Origin: Opitutales bacterium
GTDB lineage: Bacteria; Verrucomicrobiota; Verrucomicrobiia; Opitutales; UBA2987
DNA: 64,000 bases
Assembly (NCBI GenBank): GCA_021772535.1
Contig: JAJFLV010000004.1
Location: 19,006-83,005 of the forward strand
Direction: 5' to 3'
The notes below the pieces were generated by a model. It made no database searches. It saw only the letters and a list, made by a program, of their open reading frames with translations, and was not told the origin of the DNA. The position numbers and the translations under genes are program-made. Of this stretch, positions 56,278-64,000 are shown piece by piece (position 1 is the first letter of the stretch; each line of letters begins with the position of its first letter).

Positions 56278-57744
56278 TCAGGAGGCGGCAGCCACTTTGG
56301 CGTTGAAATCTCTAATTCGGTCGTCGATTTCGTGGATCTCTTCTCGCAGTTCCGTCCAGTAGCTCTCATCGTACCATTGGGCGTTCAATTCATCCAGTTC
56401 GCGGCCCTGCTGCTCGATCCAGGTGAAATATTTCAGGTTATGCACCCGCTTGCGGTCCTGGTAGGAGAGTTCCTGCATGTAATCGGTGGAAAGTCCGAGC
56501 AGGTGCCGGTGGTGGTCTTTCATGGCGGTTTCACGGTTGTAATCGCCCAATTCCTCCCGCAGTTCTCCGATCCGGCTGCCATAAAGTTCCATCGAATCCG
56601 TGAATACCGTGAACAGAATATCCTTTTCCGTCAGTTCGTGGTATTTGGCCAGTTTTATCGCGGCGATGAGGTTGCTCAGTCCGGATATTCCGACCTCCGG
56701 CAGCCTTGCGATGAGTTCATCGGTTACGCCGACGCTTTTCAAGTAGTCCTGCCCTTCCGATTCATTGAAGAGGCGAAGGGAGTTCATGCAATGCTCGTCA
56801 TCTACGGCGATGACAAAATCCGTATTGCGGACGTTATGGATCCAGGGAACATGCTTGTCACCAATGCCCTCGATACGATGGCCGCCATATCCATTCTGGA
56901 GAAGGGTGGGGCATTGCAGGGCTTCTACGGCAGCTATTTTGCTACGGGGGAAGCGTTCCTTGAGATAATCGCCGGCGGCAATGGTTCCGGCCGATCCGGT
57001 GGAGCTGATCCAGCCCGCGAAATTATCGCCAGCCGACATTTCCTGACCAAGGACCTCCTCAATGGCGCTCCCGGTCAAGTGGTAATGCCAGAGGTAATTT
57101 CCGAACTCCTCGAACTGGTTGAAAATCACAATGTCGTCGCGTGTCCGGCGTAGTTCCCAGCATTTGTCGTAAATTTCCTTGACGTTGGATTCGCAGCCTG
57201 GGGTGGCGATGACTTCTCCGGCTATTTTGCTCAACCACTCGAAACGTTCGCGGCTCATCTCCTCCGGCAGTATGGCAATGGCCTCACAATCCAATAGTGC
57301 GGATGTGTAAGCGCCGCCCCTGCAGTAGTTGCCGGTAGAGGGCCAAACCGCCTTCTGGCTGGTGGGGTCGAATTGTCCGGTCACCAGGCGGGGGACGAGG
57401 CACCCGAAGGCCGCTCCCACTTTATGCGCACCGGTGGGGAACCATTTCCCCACCAAGGCAAAGATACGGGCTTTGACCCCAGAGATTTCCGGGGGAATTT
57501 CCATATAATTAACACCCCCAAAACCGCCCCCTTGAGCGATAGGTTCGTTTTTCCATGAAGCCCGAAACAGATTCAGCGGATTGACCTCCCACAGGCCCAC
57601 ATCCTTGAGGCGATTTTTAACATCCTCGGGCGCCTTGCGGGGATCTTTTTGTTCCGCAAAGGTGGGGATGATAATGTTTTGTTCATGCGCGCGTTTGATG
57701 GCGTTGGCCTGTTTTGCCTGGTCAACTTGGAGGTCTATTTTCAT
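56278..57744 (-). CDS. PLP-dependent enzyme of the Trp-synthase-beta/cysteine-synthase superfamily (long form)
   Basis: 488 aa. Candidate PLP-lysine region WFPTGAHKVGAAF and a glycine loop SSTGSAGT. Confidence 0.5.
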   Translation of the reverse strand: MKIDLQVDQAKQANAIKRAHEQNIIIPTFAEQKDPRKAPEDVKNRLKDVGLWEVNPLNLFRASWKNEPIAQGGGFGGVNYMEIPPEISGVKARIFALVGKWFPTGAHKVGAAFGCLVPRLVTGQFDPTSQKAVWPSTGNYCRGGAYTSALLDCEAIAILPEEMSRERFEWLSKIAGEVIATPGCESNVKEIYDKCWELRRTRDDIVIFNQFEEFGNYLWHYHLTGSAIEEVLGQEMSAGDNFAGWISSTGSAGTIAAGDYLKERFPRSKIAAVEALQCPTLLQNGYGGHRIEGIGDKHVPWIHNVRNTDFVIAVDDEHCMNSLRLFNESEGQDYLKSVGVTDELIARLPEVGISGLSNLIAAIKLAKYHELTEKDILFTVFTDSMELYGSRIGELREELGDYNRETAMKDHHRHLLGLSTDYMQELSYQDRKRVHNLKYFTWIEQQGRELDELNAQWYDESYWTELREEIHEIDDRIRDFNAKVAAAS

Positions 57745-57801
57745 AATGTTTTCTATTCCTTCTTCTAATTTAATAAAATGAGTTTGCAGCTTGTTTTTGG
57801 A

Positions 57802-59064
57802 CTACCGGAGTTTTTTTACCTGTTCGACGAGCCAGCCTGAGCCGTCATTTGGGGCGGGTTGCAAACCGAGAAGTTCGCAAAGGAGCCCGTAAATCTCCAC
57901 ATTGATGAAGGATCCCACCTTCTTTCCCCGTGGAATTTCGGGGCCGTAAGCAATGAAAATTCCATGCATCAAAGGATCCTCGTTGTCGTAACCGTGATCG
58001 CCTCTCAAAGGGTGATCCCTGGGCAACTTGAGGGCTTTTTTGGTGACAACTTCCCAGCCGATATCCGGTATTCCAACAATTGGAGGGATGCGGATATGCC
58101 CGCTTAGCTGGAAACGCTGTGGGATTTCATCCCTGGCATAAACTTTAAGGTGCGGGTGGGCGTTTCTGAGCTTTTTAAGAATTCGAGGAATTTTCTTTTC
58201 CGGCGCCCAGATGCCCAATTGAGCTCCGTAGCGAATCCATTGCGCCTCAGAGGTATCGAAATAGTCGTCCAGATTGATTTGGCGTTCCGGGTCGACATCG
58301 ACCATTCCATGATCGGATACGACAACAATGTGGGTGGATTTCAGAACGCCTTGTTCCTCCAGCCCTTTTATGATCTCTCCGATGGTGCGGTCCACCAATT
58401 CTACTGCCCTGTAGGTTTCAGGAGCATCGGCGCCGGCATCATGGGCCACTTCGTTTACTTCCGGCAGGTAAAGAGTGAGGAAGTTTGGCCTTTCATCCTC
58501 AGGCAGGTCGATCCATTTCAAAATAATTTCAACTCTTTCCCGATAGGGCATATTATGCTGGTAAGGAAGCCATTGGGTCGGCCGGTAGCCATTGATTTCG
58601 GCTTCAGTTCCCGGCCAAAACAGCGTATTTGCTTTAAGCCCTTGTTTGACGGCTGTTACCCACACCGGTTCTCCGTGCCACCATCTACTGCTGGCCAATT
58701 CCCTCCTTTTGCCGAGGTCGAAATAAGCGCCATAAACCGGGTCGTACATTTCGTTGTCGATAATGCCGCTGTGCGCCGGGTAAAGCCCGGTCACGATGGA
58801 GTAGTGATTTGGGAAGGTATTGGAAGGATAGACTGGAATCAGGCTTTCGGCCTGGAGTCCCTCCCGTCGCAGACGGTCGAGGTTGGGAGTATCCGCCTTG
58901 TCAAAATAATCATAGCGGAAGGCATCCAGGGAAATGAGCAATACCGTGGGTTTCTCCATTTTTTCGGCGAAAAGCGATCCCGTCATTACGGTCGTTGCGG
59001 CCAGTAAAAACAGGCACATCCCCTTTCCGCCGAGTCCCGCAAATTTTGAAATAAGTCCTTTCAT
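57802..59064 (-). CDS. Secreted ectonucleotide pyrophosphatase/phosphodiesterase (alkaline-phosphatase superfamily, NPP)
   Basis: LISLDAFRYDY, PSNTFPNHYSIVTGLYP (nucleophile Thr), VSDHGM, GDHGYDN. The ATG at 59064 (MKGLISKF...signal) is preferred to the TTG at 59142. Confidence 0.8.
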   Translation of the reverse strand: MKGLISKFAGLGGKGMCLFLLAATTVMTGSLFAEKMEKPTVLLISLDAFRYDYFDKADTPNLDRLRREGLQAESLIPVYPSNTFPNHYSIVTGLYPAHSGIIDNEMYDPVYGAYFDLGKRRELASSRWWHGEPVWVTAVKQGLKANTLFWPGTEAEINGYRPTQWLPYQHNMPYRERVEIILKWIDLPEDERPNFLTLYLPEVNEVAHDAGADAPETYRAVELVDRTIGEIIKGLEEQGVLKSTHIVVVSDHGMVDVDPERQINLDDYFDTSEAQWIRYGAQLGIWAPEKKIPRILKKLRNAHPHLKVYARDEIPQRFQLSGHIRIPPIVGIPDIGWEVVTKKALKLPRDHPLRGDHGYDNEDPLMHGIFIAYGPEIPRGKKVGSFINVEIYGLLCELLGLQPAPNDGSGWLVEQVKKLR

Positions 59065-59246
59065 CTTGAAAATGAGACATTGAGCCTTGCAGGATTTCTG
59101 ACAATATAAAAAGGCCCCGGTGGAAGGGATAAAATTTGCCAATTTCAGCTATCTGAATTTTGTTTAAGGCATAAAATGCTTGAAACGGCCCTCTTTATAG
59201 ATAGCAGAGAGGCTGTCATCAAAACGAAAAACAGGAACGTTATTTT

Positions 59247-60443
59247 ATGAGTACTCCACTGGCCAACAGACTACAGAAGCTGGGAACGGAGACCGCTTTC
59301 GCGGTTTCTGCCGACGCTGCCTCATTTGCCGCAGAAGGCAACGAGGTTTTTCCTTTTCATCTTGGAGATCTGGACTTGCGGACTCCTTTGAACATTATCG
59401 AGGCTGCCCACCAGGCAATGCTCGACGGCAAGACCGGCTACAATCCCTCTGCCGGAATCATGCCTTTGCGGGAGGCTCTTGCTGAGGATGTAGGGCGTGA
59501 CCGGAATGTTTCCTACGGGCCGCAAAATGTGGCTGTGCAACCCGGCGGAAAGCCGGTCATCAGCAAATTTCTGGAGATCGTTATGAACCCTGGCCAAGGC
59601 GTCCTATACCCCAACCCGGGATTCCCCATTTATGAATCGCAAGTCAATTACCTGGGTGGTAAACCGCTTCCCTACGGCTATATTCCCACAGGAGAGGGTT
59701 TTACAATCGACCGGGAAAAAATCGAATCGCAAATCGATGACAGCACCTGCGCCATCATTTATAATAATTACCAAAATCCGCTCGGAGCGGAATCCTCCGA
59801 TGAGGAGATGCAATGGCTGGCGGATTTAGCCATCAGAAATGATCTTTGGGTACTTTCCGATGAGGCTTATTTTAAAATATTATACGGTGGACAGGGCAAA
59901 AGCATTGTTTCCCTGCCGGGGATGCTGGAACGGACGGTCATACTCTACACCTTCTCCAAGACTTATGCCATGACCGGATCGCGATTGGGCGCCGCTATCG
60001 GACCTGAGCATATAACCGCCAATATGGCCAAGCTAAACGTCAATGTTGAGTCCTGCACCAATCACGCTCTCCAGTACGCCGGAGTCGAAGGTCTCAAGGG
60101 CGACCAGAGCGGGGCTCACGAAATATTGAAGACCTTGCGCGAGCGCCGCGATGCTCTGGTGTCTGAGTTGAAGGGGATTGATGGCGTCGATGTGTTTGTG
60201 CCCAATTCCACCTTCTACCTTTTTCCCGATGTGACGGGAGCCTACGAAAAACTGGGGGCAACCTCGCTGGAAGATTTTCGCAGCCGTACCTTGCGGGAGA
60301 CGGGGGTTTCCTTCTGCACCCGCGAGCATTTCGGGAGCCCCTTGCCGGGCGAGGACCGTAAATTTATTCGTTTCGCTTATTCGGGTATATCGGTGGATAA
60401 AATCTGCGAAGGACTGGCCAGATTGAAAGCATTTTGGAATTGA
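59247..60443 (+). CDS. Class I/II pyridoxal-phosphate-dependent aminotransferase (aspartate aminotransferase-like)
   Basis: 398 aa. YNNYQNPLG (N-P-x-G), FSKTYAMTGSRLG (PLP lysine), FIRFAYS. Confidence 0.8.
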   Translation: MSTPLANRLQKLGTETAFAVSADAASFAAEGNEVFPFHLGDLDLRTPLNIIEAAHQAMLDGKTGYNPSAGIMPLREALAEDVGRDRNVSYGPQNVAVQPGGKPVISKFLEIVMNPGQGVLYPNPGFPIYESQVNYLGGKPLPYGYIPTGEGFTIDREKIESQIDDSTCAIIYNNYQNPLGAESSDEEMQWLADLAIRNDLWVLSDEAYFKILYGGQGKSIVSLPGMLERTVILYTFSKTYAMTGSRLGAAIGPEHITANMAKLNVNVESCTNHALQYAGVEGLKGDQSGAHEILKTLRERRDALVSELKGIDGVDVFVPNSTFYLFPDVTGAYEKLGATSLEDFRSRTLRETGVSFCTREHFGSPLPGEDRKFIRFAYSGISVDKICEGLARLKAFWN

Positions 60444-60733
60444 GCCGGATTGATCCCCTCTAAGCGTTTGAAATTTTCTCTTTACAAGGGAAACATCCAG
60501 GCGGTATTCTTAAAGGCAGTAACCAACAAATGCTTTCACATTTGGGGGTTTAGGGCTGATCGAAGGACTGACTAGAACTCCGGTCACATAGCCAGTATAG
60601 GAGTAAAAAGTTTTTAGGGAGCATTCCTGCGGGTAACTTTTTACTGAGTCGAGGCAATTGCTGTGAAGCCGGTTTCTGAATCGGGTATCCACGGTCGGCT
60701 CTGTCCTCCTGAACTTAAAAAAAGGAATTTTTC

Positions 60734-62710
60734 ATGGCAGAATTACGTGGTGTCAGCCTGGGACAGAACCTCCAGGCAATCGTTTCGGAATTAGAGAGCT
60801 GCAAAACCATTTACGGTTATCGCCAGCGTGACATCTTCACCGGCGACCCGGATCACGATTTTTCAGTCGATTTCCATGACAAGCGGGCGTTCACCCAACT
60901 TGGGCCGGCTTCTGGACCGCACACCCAGCTCACCCAGAACATCATTCTGGCTTTTTTGGGCGGAGGAAGAATTTTTGAACTTAAAACAGTGCAGATTCTC
61001 GACGAACTGGACATCGGCCGCCCCTGCATCGAAGCTCCCAATATCGGCTTCAACATCGAGTGGTCGCAGGAATTGAAACTGCAGGCCTCCTACGATGAAT
61101 ACGTCAAAGCCTGGGTGATTTTGAAGATTATTGAGGACATGGAACTTCTCGGTGTGCCCAAGGGCGATCCTTTTTACGACTTTGTTTTCGATATTTCCAT
61201 CGGCTACGATCTCAAGGGCGTCTCCTCCCCCATCATGGTGGAGTGGGTAAAAAAACTGATGAACGCCGAGGAGGCCATTCGTCAAATGCTCAGCGAATTA
61301 CCGGAGCCCTTTGCCCGCTACCGCGATTTCAAGGTCGATCCCCATATTTCCAGTTCGGCCACTCTCTCAACCTTTCACGGCTGCCCCAAGGAAGAGGTCG
61401 AAGGCATCGTAAAGTTTCTCATCGAAGAGCACGGTTTGCATGTTATTGTTAAGTGCAATCCCACCCAGCTGGGCTATGACTGGGTGAATAAAACCTTGCT
61501 TCAGGATCTTGGTTATTCGCACCTGAGACTGGATAAACATGCCTTCGAGGGCGATTTGTCCTTTGAGGACGCTTTGCCATTGATGAAGAGGTTGGAAGAA
61601 TTTGGCGACCAGCATGGTAAAAATGTGGGGGCGAAATACACCAACACCTTAATCGTGAATCACGAAAAATCCGTCATGACCAACATTGAGCCCGGCGTGC
61701 CGGACAAGGTGATGTATCTTTCCGGACGGCCCCTGCATGTTATCGCCATGAACGGCATGCACAATATGCGCACCGCCATGGGGAGCCATTTTCACATTTC
61801 CTTTTCCGCCGGCATCGACAAGGAAAATTTCACCGAAGCCGCAGCCTGTTATTTGCGTCCAATCACCACCTGCACCGACCTGCTGCAAAAAGGTGGCTAT
61901 GCCCGCATGCCTCAATACTTAAAAAATCTGGGCAAAGCGATGGACGAAGTAGGCGCTCGCAACATGGCGGAGTTTCTCCGGACAAAAGCCGGGGACAATA
62001 GCCTGAGTCTGGAGGAGGCCGGACACATAAACGCCCAAAGCATTGTACCGGCGCTGGTGGAAAACACCCGCTACCACAACAACCAGAACTCGGACATGCC
62101 CAAATTCATCGATTCGCATCTGGAGCTGTGGGATTGCCTGACCTGCAACATCTGCCTGCCTGTATGCCCCAATGCGGCCACCTTTAATATACCCATTGGC
62201 AAGCAGAACATTCCTAAGACCGATTTTGTTTATAAGGATGGCGGTTTTTCTCCCATCTCTGGAGATGTAATAAACCTCAAGAAAAAGAGCCAGATCGCGA
62301 TACTGGCCGACTTCTGCAACGAGTGCGGCAACTGCGACACTTTCTGCCCGGAACAAGGCGGACCCTATGCCGAGAAACCGAATTTCTTTTTTAACCGGGA
62401 ATCCTACAAAACCGATTCCAAGTGGGATGGTTTTTATTTCGATTCCCCCCATTCCATGACGGGAAGAATCCAGGGTGCCGAACATTCGCTGCAATACTCG
62501 GAAAGTGAGGAACAGTTTACTTACATGGATCCCAAGGGAAGGTTTACCCTCGATTCCGAAGGCGCCCTGATCGAAGGCGAAGCCGCCGCCGGGCTGGCGG
62601 ATGGGGCCGTTGTCGATATGAATTCGTTTTACGTTATGAAAATTTTAATGCTCGGACTCGCCTCGGCTCCTGCATCCTACACGAACCGGTTTCTTCTGGA
62701 AACTTCATGA
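60734..62710 (+). CDS. YgfK-like Fe-S protein: TIM-barrel-like N-domain plus 2x[4Fe-4S] ferredoxin C-domain, without a recognisable FAD/NAD(P) module
   Basis: GPASGPHTQLTQNIILAFLGGGRIFELKTVQILDEL...IEWSQE...YDEYVKAW matches my recollection of the E. coli YgfK N-terminus. The C-terminus has CLTCNICLPVCP and CNECGNCDTFCP. I see no GxGxxG fingerprint anywhere in the 658 aa. Confidence 0.6.
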   Translation: MAELRGVSLGQNLQAIVSELESCKTIYGYRQRDIFTGDPDHDFSVDFHDKRAFTQLGPASGPHTQLTQNIILAFLGGGRIFELKTVQILDELDIGRPCIEAPNIGFNIEWSQELKLQASYDEYVKAWVILKIIEDMELLGVPKGDPFYDFVFDISIGYDLKGVSSPIMVEWVKKLMNAEEAIRQMLSELPEPFARYRDFKVDPHISSSATLSTFHGCPKEEVEGIVKFLIEEHGLHVIVKCNPTQLGYDWVNKTLLQDLGYSHLRLDKHAFEGDLSFEDALPLMKRLEEFGDQHGKNVGAKYTNTLIVNHEKSVMTNIEPGVPDKVMYLSGRPLHVIAMNGMHNMRTAMGSHFHISFSAGIDKENFTEAAACYLRPITTCTDLLQKGGYARMPQYLKNLGKAMDEVGARNMAEFLRTKAGDNSLSLEEAGHINAQSIVPALVENTRYHNNQNSDMPKFIDSHLELWDCLTCNICLPVCPNAATFNIPIGKQNIPKTDFVYKDGGFSPISGDVINLKKKSQIAILADFCNECGNCDTFCPEQGGPYAEKPNFFFNRESYKTDSKWDGFYFDSPHSMTGRIQGAEHSLQYSESEEQFTYMDPKGRFTLDSEGALIEGEAAAGLADGAVVDMNSFYVMKILMLGLASAPASYTNRFLLETS

Positions 62711-62837
62711 GGAACAATTTAATTTAAGAAAAACCAACTAAATTGATCGAATCCTGAGGATCTAAAAGTATTCATCCAATTTTTATGACAATGTCTCTTA
62801 GGAGCGAAATTGATTTTGATATAAGGAAACTGCTGAT

Positions 62838-64000
62838 ATGGAATTCACATTAAACGGAGATAAAATGGAGTATAGTGGAGATCCCGAAATCTCCTTGCTC
62901 ACCTATTTGCGGGAACAGGCTGGAATCACCTCCCCTAAAAAAGGCTGTAATGACGAGGCTGCCTGCGGTTGCTGCTCCGTTCAGGTAAACGGCAAGGGAG
63001 CACTCGCCTGTGTGGTTAAAATGAAAAAGGTCGATGGGGCCGAAGTGACCTCTATCGAGGGCATGGATTTAAGACTGCAGGAAGCGTTCGCGGACGCCTT
63101 TGTGGAAAAAGGCGGTATTCAGTGTGGCTTCTGCATTCCTGGATTCGTCATGCAGGCCAAGGCCCTTCTGGACAAAAATTCCGACCCGACCCGACCCGAG
63201 GTGATCAAAGCCCTTAATAAAAACCTTTGCCGCTGCACGGGTTACGTCAAGATCGTCGATTCGGTCATTGAAGCGGCCCGGGCCATTCGGGAAAACGACA
63301 AGGTTCCCAGAGCGGACACCACCGGCAAGGTGGGCTGTAATTTACGCAAGTACGAGTGTGACACGGCAACCTTGGGAATGCGCCCCTATGTGGACGACAT
63401 GACCCGGCCCGGTATGCTTTACGGCGTTTTCAAGCTGAGCGACCATCCACGGGCCAAAGTCCTTTCCATGGACGTTTCGGAAGCGGAAAAACTGGAGGGG
63501 GTGGCTCGCGTATTTACGGCCGAAGATGTACCCGGCGAGCGCGTTATCGGCCTGATCGTACAGGATTGGCCCATCATGATCAAAGTCGGCGAAGAGACCC
63601 GCTATATCGGCGATGTTCTGGCCGGTGTTGTCGCCGAGACGGAACAAATTGCGCGCCAGGCAATTGATCTTATCAAGGTGGAATACGAGGTGCTCGATCC
63701 AGTGACCGACGTTTTTAAAGCTCTCGATCCGGGTTCGCCCGAGGTTCACACCGGCGGTAACCTTCTTTATGAGGGCCGAATCGATCGCGGCGACTTTAAC
63801 AAGGCCATCGCCAAATCTGCTTTTACGGTCAAGGACCGTTACATTACTCAGCGTGTGGAGCATGCCTTTATGGAGCCGGAATCCTGCCTGGCCGAGCCGT
63901 TCGGTAGCAATGGCGACTCCGGTATACGGGTTTACTCTCAAGGCCAGGGCGTTTTTGACGACCGGGTGCAAATCGCCAAGGTGCTTGGGATCGGCCAGGA
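62838..64000 (+). CDS. Fused 2x[2Fe-2S] / molybdopterin-binding hydroxylase (XdhD / aldehyde oxidoreductase Mop-like), truncated by the window edge
   Basis: Not in the ORF track (no stop inside the window). My translation from the ATG at 62838 (AAGGA RBS 9 nt upstream) gives MEFTLNGDKMEYSGDPEISLLTYLRE...KKGCNDEAACGCCSVQVNG...QCGFCIPGF...CRCTGY..., then an a/b-hammerhead region (MLYGVFKLSDHPRAKVLSMDVSEAEKLEGVARVFTAEDVPG...IGDVLAGVVAE...EHAFMEPE). It is open to position 64000. Confidence 0.8.
   Translation, partial: MEFTLNGDKMEYSGDPEISLLTYLREQAGITSPKKGCNDEAACGCCSVQVNGKGALACVVKMKKVDGAEVTSIEGMDLRLQEAFADAFVEKGGIQCGFCIPGFVMQAKALLDKNSDPTRPEVIKALNKNLCRCTGYVKIVDSVIEAARAIRENDKVPRADTTGKVGCNLRKYECDTATLGMRPYVDDMTRPGMLYGVFKLSDHPRAKVLSMDVSEAEKLEGVARVFTAEDVPGERVIGLIVQDWPIMIKVGEETRYIGDVLAGVVAETEQIARQAIDLIKVEYEVLDPVTDVFKALDPGSPEVHTGGNLLYEGRIDRGDFNKAIAKSAFTVKDRYITQRVEHAFMEPESCLAEPFGSNGDSGIRVYSQGQGVFDDRVQIAKVLGIGQ

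Noticed and set aside
60695-60733. Assignment of the YgfK-like leader to the Moco riboswitch class, based on a CCUCC...AAAGGA...AUG arrangement similar to the E. coli moaA leader 3-prime end
   Set aside because: I cannot reconstruct the conserved Moco core helices in the upstream sequence by eye. It is reported only as an unclassified structured leader.
1-64000. Searched by eye for CRISPR arrays, tRNA/rRNA/tmRNA/RNase P/SRP signatures, transposases, integrases, phage genes and known defence-system hallmarks
   Set aside because: None was found. There are no spaced direct repeats, no GGTTCGAATCC-type T-loops in intergenic DNA, no DDE/tyrosine-recombinase-like ORFs, and all large ORFs are accounted for by metabolic or housekeeping families. 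The only clearly accessory-looking module is mazEF.

Overview
This 64-kb window looks like chromosomal backbone of a diderm (Gram-negative) bacterium: LolCDE-type lipoprotein release genes, lpxB and type IV pilus/T2SS-type ATPases are all present. My impression is a PVC-group or Verrucomicrobia-like organism, but nothing in the window proves that. I see no rRNA, tRNA, CRISPR array, transposase or integrase. Coding density is high.

Gene content by coordinate:
- ~0.9-20.9 kb: a peptide-scavenging block. It holds a secreted M16 protease, a secreted M3 oligopeptidase, oppABCDF, an operon of signal-peptide amidohydrolase-fold proteins translationally coupled to an NhaC-family transporter, and an M20 peptidase. 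A visibly AT-richer mazEF toxin-antitoxin cassette interrupts it.
- 21-28.5 kb: a poorly characterised set of mostly secreted proteins. These are a Gly-zipper/coiled-coil protein, a BNR/sialidase-fold protein, a PNP/MTAP-fold protein with a signal peptide, a beta-propeller, an amidohydrolase-2 and a DegT aminotransferase.
- 28.5-34 kb: comM/yifB, an HD protein, coaE, and rho with a long basic N-terminal extension.
- 34-40.4 kb: two PilB/GspE paralogs flanking pilT, then pilC, then a zinc-independent (C-minus) L36/L31 pair.
- 40.4-50.9 kb: DUF1015, an oxidoreductase, an MBL hydrolase, lipA, DUF456, lysS, lolC/E-lolD, a Gfo/Idh/MocA gene and lpxB.
- 50.9-56.2 kb: the heme operon hemE-hemN-hemH-ccsA-like-hemA.
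- 56.3-60.4 kb: a PLP enzyme, an NPP phosphodiesterase and an aminotransferase.
- 60.7 kb to the right edge: a YgfK-like Fe-S protein that seems to lack the flavin/NAD(P) module, followed by a truncated fused 2Fe-2S/molybdopterin hydroxylase (XdhD/Mop-like).

I did not find an obvious defence island or mobile element. The items most worth a second look are:
- the truncated YgfK-like/XdhD-like pair and its long leader;
- three amidohydrolase modules of which only one keeps the HxH metal motif;
- a repeated gene-3-prime palindromic element at 20.97 kb and 33.9 kb;
- interleaved inverted repeats in the hemE leader;
- a perfect 17-bp palindrome in a divergent promoter region;
- an apparently orphan intrinsic terminator near 0.76 kb;
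- a probably leaderless mazEF promoter.

All functional calls come from reading motifs in the supplied translations. No database search was run.
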